Origin: Deltaproteobacteria bacterium
GTDB taxonomy: Bacteria; Bdellovibrionota; JAJCYS01
Reading direction: 5' to 3'
Assembly: GCA_029262815.1 (NCBI GenBank)
Contig: JAJCYS010000042.1
Span: forward strand, 13,156-77,155
DNA: 64,000 nucleotides
Part shown: piece by piece, positions 40,969 to 54,443 of the stretch
Position numbering within the stretch: position 1 is the stretch's first letter
Layout: each line of letters begins with the position of its first letter
Made by a program: the position numbers and the translations under genes
The notes under the pieces: model-generated
Seen by the model: the letters and a program-made list of their open reading frames with translations, nothing else
The model's database searches: none
What the model was told of the DNA's origin: nothing

Positions 40969-41553
40969 GTGAGTAGGACAAGGTTGATGAGTCGAATATT
41001 GTTTGCAGGGGTACTTTGTTTGAGCTCCTCTTTTGCTTTCGCGAGTGGCGATGATGTTGTAAGTCATTTTTGGCATGCACTCATTCCAACTCTTTTTAAC
41101 TTTTGTTTATTTGCAGGGACCCTATTTTACTTTGGTCGACATAAAATAAAAGAAGCATTTTCGACTCGGGCTTTGGATATTGAGCGAACTGTGAAACGCA
41201 ATAATGAACTATATGCTTCTACCCTTGAAGCCTATCAAAAGTATGAAAAACTTTTGGAAGGCTTGGCAAAAGAGCGGAAGGAAAAAGTTCAAGAGGCACA
41301 TAAAGAAGGGGCTCGGTTTATTGAAGTAGAAGAGCGAAATGCACAAAAGCAAATCGAACGATATTCGAAAGAGTCCGAGAACACATTGGTTTTTGAGAAA
41401 GGGAAGTTGAAGCAACAGTTGATGCTTGATTTGTTGAATATGGCAAAAGAGAAATTGGTCGAAAAATCAAAAAGTAATGAAGCGAATCTCGACCCGGTTT
41501 ATTTATCAAAATTTAATGAAGTTGGTAGTCACTTGAACAAAGTGATGATGTAA
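40969..41553 (+). CDS. atpF: ATP synthase F0 subunit b
   Basis: FNFCLFAGTLFYF TM and long coiled coil; precedes atpH. Confidence 0.85.
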   Translation: MSRTRLMSRILFAGVLCLSSSFAFASGDDVVSHFWHALIPTLFNFCLFAGTLFYFGRHKIKEAFSTRALDIERTVKRNNELYASTLEAYQKYEKLLEGLAKERKEKVQEAHKEGARFIEVEERNAQKQIERYSKESENTLVFEKGKLKQQLMLDLLNMAKEKLVEKSKSNEANLDPVYLSKFNEVGSHLNKVMM

Positions 41554-41565
41554 AAAAGTAATGGT

Positions 41566-42162
41566 TTGAAGATGAGTCACGATGTTTCAAAAAGATATGC
41601 CAAAGCGTTTTTTGCTGCTTGGCAACAAGATTTAAGTCTAGAGAAAATTCATCACGTGCTTGAAACATGTCAAGCGTTTGTGAATTTGTTAAAAACAAGT
41701 CCTGAAATTTCGGCTGTGTGGATTTCACCTGGATTTCATCGAGATGAGAAAACGAAGCTCATTCGAGTTTTAGAAAAACAGCAGGTGATAAGCCAAGAGA
41801 TTGTACAGATGCTCATGTTTTTGGTTGAAAAAAAACGAACAGCTATTTTCCAACCGCTGATTCAGGATTTGTATGATTTATATTATCGGCAAGCCCGAAT
41901 TCTAAGGGTAGTTGTTACGAGCGCAAGCGAGTTAAGTGGAGAGGATCAGGCCTCGGTACAAAAAAGTGTCCAGTCGTTGCCGGCTGCTGCTGACATGAAT
42001 TGTGAGTTTAGCTTCACTGTAGATACCCAAATTTTGGGGGGCATGATTATTAAGATGGGTCAATATGTGTATGACTATTCTATACATGCATCCTTGGGAC
42101 AGCTTAGACGAAGTATTGAAAACTTAAGCCCTAGAGAATTGGCAAGTAGGAGTGACGTATGA
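41566..42162 (+). CDS. atpH: ATP synthase F1 subunit delta
   Basis: [22 protein letters not shown]. Confidence 0.93.
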   Translation: MKMSHDVSKRYAKAFFAAWQQDLSLEKIHHVLETCQAFVNLLKTSPEISAVWISPGFHRDEKTKLIRVLEKQQVISQEIVQMLMFLVEKKRTAIFQPLIQDLYDLYYRQARILRVVVTSASELSGEDQASVQKSVQSLPAAADMNCEFSFTVDTQILGGMIIKMGQYVYDYSIHASLGQLRRSIENLSPRELASRSDV

Positions 42163-43679
42163 AAATTCGTGTTGATGAGATCAGCCAGCTCTTAAAAGAG
42201 CAAATTGAGTCTTTTGACAAGCGGGTCCAGTTTGAAGAAGTTGGTACCGTTCTTACTGTAGGTGATGGTGTGGCTCAAATTCATGGACTTCAGTCGATTA
42301 TGGCTGGAGAGATGATTGATTTTGGCAACGACATCTACGGAGTCGCGTTGAACTTAAATGAAAACTCCGTGGGTGCCGCTATTTTTGGAGACATTCGAGG
42401 CATTAAAGAAGGTCACACTGTTAAACGTACAGGGAAGATCCTTCAAGTACCTGTTGGAAAAGGACTGTGCGGACGTGTGGTCAACGCGTTAGGTCTTGCC
42501 ATTGATGGGAAAGGGACTATTGAAGCAAGCGAGCATAGACGCGTTGAATTTAAGGCGCCTGGTATTGTTAAACGGAAAAGTGTTCATGAACCCCTCCAAA
42601 CAGGGTTGAAAGCTATTGATAGTATGATTCCGATTGGACGAGGCCAACGTGAGTTAATCCTTGGGGATCGTCAAACAGGAAAAACCGCTATCGCAATGGA
42701 TACCATTCTGAATCAAAAAGGTCAGGATGTGTATTGTGTGTATGTGGGTATTGGGCAAAAACAAAGTACGATTGCACGGGCTGTGGATAAGCTTAACCAG
42801 TGTGGTGCAATGGAGTACACCACAGTTGTAACAGCTGCTGCATCTGAGCCTGCACCGCTACAATTTTTGGCGGCTTATACGGGCGTTGCGATCGCTGAAT
42901 ATTTTCGTGACAACGGAATGCATGCACTGATTGTGTATGATGATTTGACCAAGCAAGCACAAGCGTACCGTGAACTTAGCCTGCTACTTAGAAGGCCACC
43001 AGGGCGTGAAGCTTATCCAGGAGATGTCTTTTACTTACATAGTCGATTGCTAGAACGTTCTGCTAAGTTGAGTGATGCGGAAGGTGGCGGTAGCTTAACA
43101 GCGCTGCCTATTATTGAAACGCAAGATGGAGATGTGTCTGCCTATATTCCTACAAACGTTATTTCAATTACGGATGGGCAAATTTATTTAGAGTCAGATT
43201 TGTTCCATTCAGGGATTCGGCCCGCAGTGAATGTAGGACTTTCAGTTTCACGTGTAGGTGGGAGTGCTCAGATCAAAGGAATGAAACAGGTTGCTGGATC
43301 TTTGCGATTAGATCTTGCGCAATACAGAGATTTAAGTGCTTTTTCCCAATTTGCATCTGATTTAGATCCTGCAACGCAGAAACAACTTGCTCGTGGAGAG
43401 CGATTGGTTGAACTTTTAAAGCAAGGTCAATATGAGCCGATGCCAGTTGAGAAGCAAGTGCTTTCAATTTATGCGGCTGTGAATGGGTTTATGGATAAGT
43501 ACCCAACAAAATTGGTGGGAAAGTATGAACATGCTTTTTTACAATATCTGGATGAAAAACACCCACAAATTGTTGCATCTGTGAAATCAGAGGGTAAGAT
43601 TTCTGACGACACGAAAGAAAAACTAAATACGTTATGCCAGGAATTCGATGAATTATTTTCAATACAAGTATCACAGTAG
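42159..43679 (+). CDS. atpA: ATP synthase F1 subunit alpha
   Basis: [31 protein letters not shown]. Confidence 0.98.
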   Translation: MKIRVDEISQLLKEQIESFDKRVQFEEVGTVLTVGDGVAQIHGLQSIMAGEMIDFGNDIYGVALNLNENSVGAAIFGDIRGIKEGHTVKRTGKILQVPVGKGLCGRVVNALGLAIDGKGTIEASEHRRVEFKAPGIVKRKSVHEPLQTGLKAIDSMIPIGRGQRELILGDRQTGKTAIAMDTILNQKGQDVYCVYVGIGQKQSTIARAVDKLNQCGAMEYTTVVTAAASEPAPLQFLAAYTGVAIAEYFRDNGMHALIVYDDLTKQAQAYRELSLLLRRPPGREAYPGDVFYLHSRLLERSAKLSDAEGGGSLTALPIIETQDGDVSAYIPTNVISITDGQIYLESDLFHSGIRPAVNVGLSVSRVGGSAQIKGMKQVAGSLRLDLAQYRDLSAFSQFASDLDPATQKQLARGERLVELLKQGQYEPMPVEKQVLSIYAAVNGFMDKYPTKLVGKYEHAFLQYLDEKHPQIVASVKSEGKISDDTKEKLNTLCQEFDELFSIQVSQ

Positions 43680-43703
43680 GACTGGAGTAAAAAGGGTAGT
43701 GTA

Positions 43704-46050
<2,347 letters not shown>

Positions 46051-46059
46051 AGAGAAGAG

Positions 46060-46464
46060 ATGAAGTTTTCACTGTACGCGTTAGAAGAGCATGTGGCTAT
46101 AGATTGGGATGTCGATGAAGTGACATTCCATGGGCCTAAGGGACAGACGAATATTCTCCCGGGGCATGCGCCTTTGGTTTCGACTCTTTCTGTGGGTGAG
46201 TTAAGTTGTATTAAGTCTGATGATAAGAAAGTTCATCGATTTGCAGTTTCACATGGATTTATTCAAATTCAAGAAGATGAGATTGTTGCCTGCGGGTATA
46301 CAATTGAACGCCCTGAAGCGATCGATGTGAATCGAGCCAAACAGGCAAAGCAGAGAGCCGTTGAGAAGTTGAAAGGGCTGATTGAATCTGAAGAAGAGTT
46401 CAAAAAACATGAACTCAAATTACAGCGCGCAGTGATTCGTCAACACCTAGCAAAAAAAGACTAG
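46060..46464 (+). CDS. atpC: ATP synthase F1 subunit epsilon
   Basis: ILPGHAPL, GFIQI, IDVNRA. Confidence 0.95.
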   Translation: MKFSLYALEEHVAIDWDVDEVTFHGPKGQTNILPGHAPLVSTLSVGELSCIKSDDKKVHRFAVSHGFIQIQEDEIVACGYTIERPEAIDVNRAKQAKQRAVEKLKGLIESEEEFKKHELKLQRAVIRQHLAKKD

Positions 46465-46483
46465 CCAACCCTTAACCGTACAC

Positions 46484-46520
46484 CTTGTCATCCCTTCCCC
46501 TGCCTCCGCAGTGATCCCTC
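46484..46520. repeat. Degenerate REP-like remnant after atp operon
   Basis: ttgtcatccc and cctgcctccgcagtgat resemble both orientations of the 104-129 unit. Confidence 0.35.
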
Positions 46521-46666
46521 TAAAAACACTAGTCCTGTGCATCAACTTGTTTTAGATATTCGATGGATTTTTTTCTTCGGTTAAGAATTGCATTAGTTTG
46601 TGTAGACCATTTTCTAGGTCAGGATCACGAGTATCAAGTTCTAGAATTGTTTGAACACGGCTAAAA

Positions 46667-47158
46667 TTATTTTTTTCGTTTTATAGATATAAAAGGTCCT
46701 TGTGCATCTTTACCAAGTGAGGCTTCAGTTTTTGCGCCATCGTAGTATTTTCGAGCATTTTTTCGAGCACTTTTGACTGAAGCGATGAACTCATCTTTTG
46801 ATAATTTAAATTTTGGATTTCGAGTATGTTCTTTGATGGCTTGGTGATAAGCATCAAACAAATCATCTGTGGGGAGAGCAGTGTTGAGTGTAGGGCCCAT
46901 TTTTGGTTTCAGGTTCTTCAGAGTTTGGTCAAGGTGTTTAATCGAACCTTTGTATTGTTGGAGTTGGAGTCGGTAGTCAATGGTTGAGGCAGAAGGTTGA
47001 TCAAGTAGATGTTCGAGAGAGTGTTTGATGAGTTCGAACTCATCAGAAAGTTGTTCGAAGGAAAATTGACTTAAATCTTGAGTGCCCAATTCACAGGCGT
47101 CAACCTTCGCTTTTAGGGTAGATATTCGCTTTTTAAAGGTTTCAAAGTCTTCAATCAT
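46667..47158 (-). CDS. Hypothetical protein, possibly MXAN_5187 C-terminal-domain-like
   Basis: Helical N-terminus; C-terminal LFDAY…LSKDEF…KYY…G…K pattern reminiscent of that domain (recollection, not a search). Confidence 0.5.
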   Translation of the reverse strand: MIEDFETFKKRISTLKAKVDACELGTQDLSQFSFEQLSDEFELIKHSLEHLLDQPSASTIDYRLQLQQYKGSIKHLDQTLKNLKPKMGPTLNTALPTDDLFDAYHQAIKEHTRNPKFKLSKDEFIASVKSARKNARKYYDGAKTEASLGKDAQGPFISIKRKK

Positions 47159-47291
47159 ACGTCTTACGTATCGGACATGTGTGAAAAGATGTTTAATAAC
47201 AAAATCTTATATGTTATAAACTGGATACCAATAAAACGGTAATAAAATTAAGCATCTAACCGATAAGTGCCAATAGAAGAAGGTGAATTAA

Positions 47292-49655
47292 ATGGACAAA
47301 TTTACAAGTAGTTTGGGATGTATGTTATTGGGGTTTGTTTTTTTAACCTCATGCAGCGGCAACAAAGGATCTGGTTCTAAACCAAATCAGCAGAAAGTTA
47401 AGCAAGAGAAAAAACTTCAGGAAGAACCAGTCGAATTGAAAAAAGACGAAATTGATGAAGCGAATGGTGGGACAAGCAAAGAAGACAACGGACAAAAAAT
47501 CGTCGCCACGAATGGTAAACAAGAAGCCAAAGATGCTTTATCAGAAAAAAAAGATAACACCTTAGAATCACCCACTCCTCAACCGCCACTCAAGCAAAAT
47601 CAATTTGATGTAAAAGAATCCCTTCCTTTTCCAAGGTACGGTCGGCGTGTCATGTGCATGGATGATTCGTGCAAGCAACTTTTACTTCTCGGAGATAATG
47701 CGGATGAAATTATTGATCAAGATGGAAAGTTCATCAAACAGTTGGCCGTTCGCTATGGCTCTAACTACGAAGAATACGCAGATGTCGGATTGAAGTACTA
47801 TATTCGATCAACTGCTTCTAATTCGCTGGATATATTTGATTATTCGGGTACGCTTGTTGGGGAAGTTAATACCAGATCAGATATTTCAAGGCAAGGGACT
47901 TCTATTTCAGGATCTTGGTTAGGTTCAATTCGAAAACAGTATGAGGAAAAGGATCAAGCGATAGGGGTTTGGCATGTAGATCAATATAAGGAGTCAACAA
48001 AGTCTCAAAGTGCACTCTACTATATTCCTGTCCCAGGAAAAAATGAAACGAATTTTAAAAAAGAGGATGTTCGAGTTGGTATGGCGGATGGCAAGCTTGC
48101 CGCCAGTATATCTGATGGTTCAATTTGGATTTGGGATATTACTAAAAAAACCAATAAGCAGCATGGCCCATTTCAGCATCCTTTAACGCCCGCGAAAAAG
48201 GGATACAGTGAACCGAAAATGTTCAATCTTGCATTATCGGGGAACATGAAGAGTGGCTACTACATGGTTAGCCTATCAAGTGAATCGAAGTTTTTGGTTT
48301 GGGATGTCACAGATTCCAAAAACCCATCAGTTCTGCACACCGAAGAACTAGCTTGCAGCTATGTTGATGAATTAGCTTTTGAAAAACAAGTACGGCCGAA
48401 TGGACGGCCTATGTTTGCATTCGTATGCGGAAAGAAATTTCAGATATGGGAAATCCGGTTAGATGAAGATAAAACAATTGTTAAGGTAGCTGAGATTGAT
48501 CTGCCTGAGAATAGATTGAGGCATCTTGCAATACGAGGAGATTATTTAATGTCCACAGGACGCTTCGCTAATGTGATCCAAGATTTACATATTTGGAATC
48601 GAAAAACGAAGAAGGGGAAAGTGATATCAGCATTGCCTTTTTCATACTCGTCCTCTGAGTACTATGGCATAAAAGGAGATTATGTACTGTTACAAAAAAA
48701 TATTTATGCAAGCTCAACAGGCCAATTGATGACTCACCACGATGCAGATGGGATCTCCAGTTCATTTTATTTTGATCATGAATATATGTATCGGTTTAGC
48801 TCTTTAGATCAAAAAACACGTACGAGGTCTCTTCATGCCTATCAATTAGAAGAGGGAAAAAATAAGAATTCTATAAAATTTACTGAAAACAAAAATGTGG
48901 TTTTAGATTCAGTTCTTTCGATTCCAGAAAAAGCGAGAAAACATAATGACGATATATATTTTAAAAACAAGACCTTTGTATTTGTGACAAAGGACAAAAC
49001 AGAAGACTATACAGTGTATGCATCAGTGCATCATGTTGGTTTAAAAAACAAAAAGAAAAAGTTAAAAAAACCTCCTCTTTTAAAATTGAAAAATATTGAG
49101 ATACAAGATGTAGCCATACTCAACAATGGATTCATTTTTTCGGGATGCCATCGGAAATTAGAGGGGAGCTGGCATCCAGATTATTTAGGAATGTGGTATT
49201 GGGATGGAAATTCTGAGCATCAAGCCAAATCGATTTTTGAGACCGAAAAACCAATCCGTGGATGTTTTGGAAGAGTGGCGATATCTGAGAAAAAAAACAG
49301 TTTCATCTCATTTGGAAGATATGGAAACAGAAAAATGTATGTAGTCGATATTTCTAATATCTCGAATGCAAAAGTAACAGAAATAACGAATAAAAGTTAT
49401 TTAGAACATAGGCCGAAAGGTGAAGTCACATTGATGACATTTTGGCGAGACTTTCTCATTACTGGAAGTAGCGATAATACCCTGCGATTTTGGACTATTA
49501 CAAAAAATAGTGCGACACACATTCAAACCACAAAGGTGAATTCAGATCGTTTTTTTAGGGATATCTTGTCAACGGATGAAAGTGATACCCTGCGATTACT
49601 TGGAATGTCACACGTCAATCCAGAGATCATTGAGATTAAGAAAGTAGGCGAGTGA
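47292..49655 (+). CDS. WD40-like beta-propeller lipoprotein
   Basis: Lipobox LTS-C; charged linker; IWIWD, LVWD, IWE, ITGSSDNTLRFW blades. Confidence 0.85.
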   Translation: MDKFTSSLGCMLLGFVFLTSCSGNKGSGSKPNQQKVKQEKKLQEEPVELKKDEIDEANGGTSKEDNGQKIVATNGKQEAKDALSEKKDNTLESPTPQPPLKQNQFDVKESLPFPRYGRRVMCMDDSCKQLLLLGDNADEIIDQDGKFIKQLAVRYGSNYEEYADVGLKYYIRSTASNSLDIFDYSGTLVGEVNTRSDISRQGTSISGSWLGSIRKQYEEKDQAIGVWHVDQYKESTKSQSALYYIPVPGKNETNFKKEDVRVGMADGKLAASISDGSIWIWDITKKTNKQHGPFQHPLTPAKKGYSEPKMFNLALSGNMKSGYYMVSLSSESKFLVWDVTDSKNPSVLHTEELACSYVDELAFEKQVRPNGRPMFAFVCGKKFQIWEIRLDEDKTIVKVAEIDLPENRLRHLAIRGDYLMSTGRFANVIQDLHIWNRKTKKGKVISALPFSYSSSEYYGIKGDYVLLQKNIYASSTGQLMTHHDADGISSSFYFDHEYMYRFSSLDQKTRTRSLHAYQLEEGKNKNSIKFTENKNVVLDSVLSIPEKARKHNDDIYFKNKTFVFVTKDKTEDYTVYASVHHVGLKNKKKKLKKPPLLKLKNIEIQDVAILNNGFIFSGCHRKLEGSWHPDYLGMWYWDGNSEHQAKSIFETEKPIRGCFGRVAISEKKNSFISFGRYGNRKMYVVDISNISNAKVTEITNKSYLEHRPKGEVTLMTFWRDFLITGSSDNTLRFWTITKNSATHIQTTKVNSDRFFRDILSTDESDTLRLLGMSHVNPEIIEIKKVGE

Positions 49656-49676
49656 AGTATTATAACGGATCCCTGC

Positions 49677-51707
49677 CTAGTTCATACAGGATGCATTGTA
49701 GAATTCACGTAGACGGCTGAAGAGGCCCCAATTTACGACGCTTTGGGTCATATAGTAATCATTGAATTTTAATGTGAACACAGCGTCTAGGACTCTTTTT
49801 TTGAGCAATGCCATCCGTTTATGAGGCTTTGCTTTTGCAATGCTTTCTGCCAACTCAAGCCATTGCTTTGCGTGGAGTTGAAACGATTCTTCGGGTAGTT
49901 CCCTGATAGCAACCTTCAGATGATTAAGTGAGACGTTTCTAACTGTAAAGTTGGTAGTCTGTTCAAGTGCAAAAATCCAAGTAAGGGTAATCACACGTTG
50001 CATGGGGTTGAGTTGGCCCTCATAGAAAGTGTTAAAAGAAGGCATGGTTCTGAGGGGAGTTTTATCTAAAGCATCATTAAGAACCTGAAGGATTTTCATC
50101 GCATGCAAATTAAAGTGTTTAGCTTTTAATTTTTGGTAGGATAATTCTTCAAGCATCAAAATGGCATGGCCGAACAACCACGTTCTAGGTTGGCTGTCTT
50201 TGTCATACAATGAAAGAGCCTCTTTTAGGTAATTAGATGAAACATCATCAGGTCTATGGCCAGCATGAATGCTTTGAGCTTCTGTGATATACGAAAACGC
50301 ACGAACATCATTGGGGTCAGCACTTTCGATTATTTTAATCTGGACTCGATCGAGCTGCTCAGGTGTTGATCCTGGCGAGGGTAAGGGGATAATGAGCCGA
50401 TGGGCTTTTTTATCTTTGAGGATTTTTGGCATATTAACAATATGAACATGTCGATCATCTCCCTTGTATGAAATGCCGTACGCATTTACGGTGTCTGGCA
50501 CATAGGTTCTAAACATAATTTTTCCAAGTAGGGTATCCATATTGGGATCACTATGTTTTTGAAGAGCCTCCTCAAGGGCTTTTTGCCGTTCTATTGATAA
50601 CATTTCAATTGTGGGTGTGAGCTTTGGCCATCTTGAATTAAGAGGTTCTGTAACAGGATGATTGGTATAAAATTGTGCGTTTTTTCCCAAACGTTTATTC
50701 ATGTGTCCCGGCATTATTTCATATGCATGTGTGTCAACGGGCCCCCCTTCGGACCGTGGGCCGGCCATACTAATGAGCCAACTGTTGGCCAATTTACCAT
50801 CATCGACATATTGTTTAAGGCGATTTTCTGCTTCGGTTAAGGTATTTGAGGTTCTTAATATATCTTCCATGATGGCAAGGATAGGTGTGGATTTTTTGCC
50901 CAAATAAATACTGTCTAACGGCAATACTTGAAGCGCAATGTACACCCCCTTTTCGTTCATGCCATTGACGCCAGGTGCATGTACGCCTAAAGATCCAAAG
51001 AATGAATACTGCATCCCAGAATCCGGATGAAAATGGATGACAGACTGAAGTCCTTGCCACCTTTCACCACTATCGAATTCAAAATTACGACCTAAGAACA
51101 AGGTTTGTTCATCAACACGATGTAAAGCAGTTGAACACCCCATCCCACAGTGGATTGTCGGATCACTCTTCGGGAATAAAACTCCTGGAATGAGCTGCCC
51201 TTTATCAGGATAAATAAACCCTTGAATAATTTGTTTCAGTGAATAATGTCTACCGAGGCTGCTATGTAAACCTTGGATACCCTCTCTCATAAAAGGAGAC
51301 ATGTTTTTAATTTGATGTCTGCTTAAATAGTTGAGTCCAGAGTTAAAGAGGTTTCCTAAAAACAAAGATTTTCCTGGCATCGCATTCGAAAACATATCTG
51401 GATAATTATTTAGAAAAAAATGTAACGAATGATCTAAGCTGCCTTCCATGACATGCTTTAAATATTCACCATGTTGTTTTCCCATCTCTTCAGAGGAGCC
51501 AAACACATGAAGCACGTGCAAGCCATCGTATACGTTGGCATAAGCTTTATTATTGGGGGATTGCCAGGTTTCATCTGGTTTTGCCTCGTCACCGTAACTG
51601 AAGGGACTGATGAGAAGGCATAAAGCAATAACCCAGGAGGCGTAGGAAAAAAGATAACGTTTGAAAGATCCTATAACCTCCACAATTTCCATCCGTGGAG
51701 TTTTCAT
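49677..51707 (-). CDS. Secreted C45 family (Ntn-hydrolase) peptidase/acyltransferase
   Basis: GSSEEMGKQHG, GCST autoprocessing Cys, LGRNFEF, GMNEKG, YTNH; helical C-terminal extension. Confidence 0.8.
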   Translation of the reverse strand: MKTPRMEIVEVIGSFKRYLFSYASWVIALCLLISPFSYGDEAKPDETWQSPNNKAYANVYDGLHVLHVFGSSEEMGKQHGEYLKHVMEGSLDHSLHFFLNNYPDMFSNAMPGKSLFLGNLFNSGLNYLSRHQIKNMSPFMREGIQGLHSSLGRHYSLKQIIQGFIYPDKGQLIPGVLFPKSDPTIHCGMGCSTALHRVDEQTLFLGRNFEFDSGERWQGLQSVIHFHPDSGMQYSFFGSLGVHAPGVNGMNEKGVYIALQVLPLDSIYLGKKSTPILAIMEDILRTSNTLTEAENRLKQYVDDGKLANSWLISMAGPRSEGGPVDTHAYEIMPGHMNKRLGKNAQFYTNHPVTEPLNSRWPKLTPTIEMLSIERQKALEEALQKHSDPNMDTLLGKIMFRTYVPDTVNAYGISYKGDDRHVHIVNMPKILKDKKAHRLIIPLPSPGSTPEQLDRVQIKIIESADPNDVRAFSYITEAQSIHAGHRPDDVSSNYLKEALSLYDKDSQPRTWLFGHAILMLEELSYQKLKAKHFNLHAMKILQVLNDALDKTPLRTMPSFNTFYEGQLNPMQRVITLTWIFALEQTTNFTVRNVSLNHLKVAIRELPEESFQLHAKQWLELAESIAKAKPHKRMALLKKRVLDAVFTLKFNDYYMTQSVVNWGLFSRLREFYNASCMN

Positions 51708-51806
51708 GAGGTCTCTTTAATTATAAGAAATTCATATGCTTAAATAAAAGAAAGCAATGTGTAAGCTTTTTCCATTATCTTTGAAAAATGGTCTAGGAGC
51801 TATGTT

Positions 51807-52709
51807 CTAGCATAGGTCCTCGAGGAGTTTTGCATGAGTATTGATGTCACGGTCTGAAATAATAACCAAATCATGACCTGCGACTAGTGTTTTTGAAACT
51901 GATTCGGATAATTGTTCTTGGATTGCGCCCATATTTAAATCATCAGAGATAATAAGTCCTTTAAATTCCAAGTGTTCTCTTAAGAGTGTATGTGTGATTT
52001 TTTGGGAATAGGTTGCAATATCTTGGGTGTCAAGATTTGGACACATGATATGACTTGTCATAACAGTGCCTACGTTAGCCTCAATTGCAGATTTAAAAGG
52101 AACCCAGTGCGTGGATTCAAAAATTTGTTTCGGGTCAGTTGTTTCAATTGGTTTTTTATGAGGGTCACGAGTTGCAGAACCGATGCCTGGAAAATGTTTG
52201 GCACACGCTAGGACGCCTGTACCTTGGTGGCCTTTGATGTAAGCAGCTATCAAAGTTGCAACAGTTTCAGGGTCGGAAGAAAAAATTCGAGAAGATAAAT
52301 AATCTGGGGTTTGCGGAGTGGAGACATCACAAACGGGCGAAAAATTTAAAGTGAACCCTAATTCTTTTAAAGTAAGCCCCATTTGTTCACCGATTTTAAA
52401 CAGCTCAGAAGTGGAAGCGGTTTTACCTAGTTCGTTGGCATGGGGGATACGTTGACAAGGATCCGGAAGTCGATCGACCAGCCCACCTTCATAATCAATT
52501 GCCAAGATTGGAGGTGTCAGATTGAGTGTTTGGTAAAGTTGTTTTAGATCTGTGAGTAAAGTTTTAATTTGTTGGACATCGTTCAGGTTATCTTTAAAAA
52601 AGATGAATCCCGCTGGGGTGTGGGATTTAATAAAACTCTTGACCTCATGTGTAACAAAAAGTCCAGGGAATCCTAAAATAAATGAACGGCCTGAAATATG
52701 TGCTTTCAT
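51807..52709 (-). CDS. nagZ: Beta-N-acetylhexosaminidase (GH3)
   Basis: IDYEGG.V.R, AKHFPGIG…DPH, SDDLNMGA. Confidence 0.88.
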   Translation of the reverse strand: MKAHISGRSFILGFPGLFVTHEVKSFIKSHTPAGFIFFKDNLNDVQQIKTLLTDLKQLYQTLNLTPPILAIDYEGGLVDRLPDPCQRIPHANELGKTASTSELFKIGEQMGLTLKELGFTLNFSPVCDVSTPQTPDYLSSRIFSSDPETVATLIAAYIKGHQGTGVLACAKHFPGIGSATRDPHKKPIETTDPKQIFESTHWVPFKSAIEANVGTVMTSHIMCPNLDTQDIATYSQKITHTLLREHLEFKGLIISDDLNMGAIQEQLSESVSKTLVAGHDLVIISDRDINTHAKLLEDLC

Positions 52710-53551
52710 TGTGCCTTCTTTTTCATCCAGGCCTGATCAAGAGCCATGCCAGATAAATAAAATCCCATTACCAAAAATAAAATCATAGTACCAGGTACCA
52801 ATGTAGCGTGTGGCGCTGTTAAGAGGACTTCTTTGCCCGTATAAATTAAGCGCCCTAGGCTTAAGGTTTCTTCGGACACACCCAACCCTAAAAAACTAAG
52901 GGTGCTTTCGACAATAATGATGCCTGAGAGTTGGAACGCACCTTGTACGATCAAGAGTGGCAAAATATTCGGCAGAATATGTCTAAAAGCAACTCTCAAA
53001 GATGAACAACCGATAGCCTTTGAAGCAAGGATAAAATCTTGGGATTGAACTTGAAGAGATGCCGCGCGGGCTAAACGACAAAAAGGTGCCCATCCTGTTA
53101 CACACAAAATAAGCCATGTGCTAAACAACCCTTGCCCAACAAATGCACTGAGGGCAATGGCTAATAAAATACTGGGAAAACTCAGAAATAAATTGGTGAC
53201 CAGCATGATGCCATGGTCCCAGCGATTTAAGGATTGGCTTGCATACAGACCAAGTGGAATGCCAACACACATTGAACACAGGCAGACGAGTAGAGAAAGT
53301 ATAATGGCAATTTGTGAACCCGCCAATACATGATAGAAAAGATCAATTCCATTTTCTCCCTTACCGAGTGAACCGCATAGCCATGGTGAACAGAAGGCAT
53401 TCGAAAGATCAATGGCGTCTAGAATGTGTTGCGGAATAAAATATGGAACAGTTAGGAGTAGCGATACGATACACAGAAATCCGAGCAAGAAAGTTTTTTC
53501 AAGTTTGTTCATGATCAGCTGCAGCGTTGAGGCGGGGGTCGACCCAGCCAT
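52706..53551 (-). CDS. dppC: Peptide ABC transporter permease (DppC/OppC)
   Basis: EAA-like DFILASKAIG..HILPN, ESTLSFLGLG. Confidence 0.9.
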   Translation of the reverse strand: MAGSTPASTLQLIMNKLEKTFLLGFLCIVSLLLTVPYFIPQHILDAIDLSNAFCSPWLCGSLGKGENGIDLFYHVLAGSQIAIILSLLVCLCSMCVGIPLGLYASQSLNRWDHGIMLVTNLFLSFPSILLAIALSAFVGQGLFSTWLILCVTGWAPFCRLARAASLQVQSQDFILASKAIGCSSLRVAFRHILPNILPLLIVQGAFQLSGIIIVESTLSFLGLGVSEETLSLGRLIYTGKEVLLTAPHATLVPGTMILFLVMGFYLSGMALDQAWMKKKAQ

Positions 53552-54440
53552 TCATCATATCTACTAAAAAATTAATGATAGCAAAAGTAGCAGTGAAACA
53601 TAAAATAAGCCCTTGGATTAAAGGGTAGTCACGTTTTTCTATGGCACTAAAAAAAAGCGAACCGATCCCCGGCCAATCAAAAATGGTTTCTGTAACAACA
53701 GCTCCCGTGAGAACAACGGCCAGTTGGAGGCCTACTAAATTGATGAGTGGGATCAGTACATTCTGGATGGCATGCCGAACAAGCACTTGGAAGGGAGAGT
53801 TCCCTTTTGCAAAGGCCACTTGAATATACATTTTTTTCTGCTCGGTGATGAGTCCGACATAAGTCATTCGACTTAAAATAGCAAACAAGCTCAGGCTTAA
53901 CGTGGCAGCGGGGAGAAAAACATGACTCAAGGAGCCTGTGCCCGAGACGGGGAGAATGGGCAATAAGATACAAAATAATAGAATCAATATGGGGCCTAGC
54001 AGGAAGTTCGGTGTGGATTGGCCTAGGATTGATATACCTAAAAAAGCCATATTTAGAGTAGGAAAACGTGCTAACCAAGTAGCCAAAATACCAGACCCTA
54101 ATCCTAAGATGAGGGTCAGTAGAATAGAAACGAGTGCCAGAAAAGTTGTTTTGGGGAATCTATTGAGAATGAGTGAGAGAACAGGCTCGTCATAGCTGAT
54201 TGAATTGCCTAAATCACCACGGGCCAGACCAGAGATATAGTGCTTAAATTGCGTGAATAGAGGTAGATTTAGGTTCAAAGTCTCACGAAAGGCTTCTTTT
54301 TGAGCGGGGGGCGCATCGGGTCCCAGAATTAAATCAGCAGGATCACCGGGGGTTAAATGCATTAAAAAAAAGCTAAGCAGAATGGATAATGCGAGGGTCA
54401 GTATGAAAAATGCCCCTTTTCTTTTGTAATATCCAAACAT
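53499..54440 (-). CDS. dppB: Peptide ABC transporter permease (DppB/OppB)
   Basis: TPGDPA, GDLGNS, AKG…HA, VTETIFDWPGIG, RDYPLIQG. Confidence 0.92.
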   Translation of the reverse strand: MFGYYKRKGAFFILTLALSILLSFFLMHLTPGDPADLILGPDAPPAQKEAFRETLNLNLPLFTQFKHYISGLARGDLGNSISYDEPVLSLILNRFPKTTFLALVSILLTLILGLGSGILATWLARFPTLNMAFLGISILGQSTPNFLLGPILILLFCILLPILPVSGTGSLSHVFLPAATLSLSLFAILSRMTYVGLITEQKKMYIQVAFAKGNSPFQVLVRHAIQNVLIPLINLVGLQLAVVLTGAVVTETIFDWPGIGSLFFSAIEKRDYPLIQGLILCFTATFAIINFLVDMMNGWVDPRLNAAADHEQT

Positions 54441-54443
54441 GGG

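Noticed and set aside
43244..43259. parS-like AGTTTCACGTGTAGGT in atpA
   Set aside because: Right half is degenerate and the sequence is explained by the conserved SVSRVG codons
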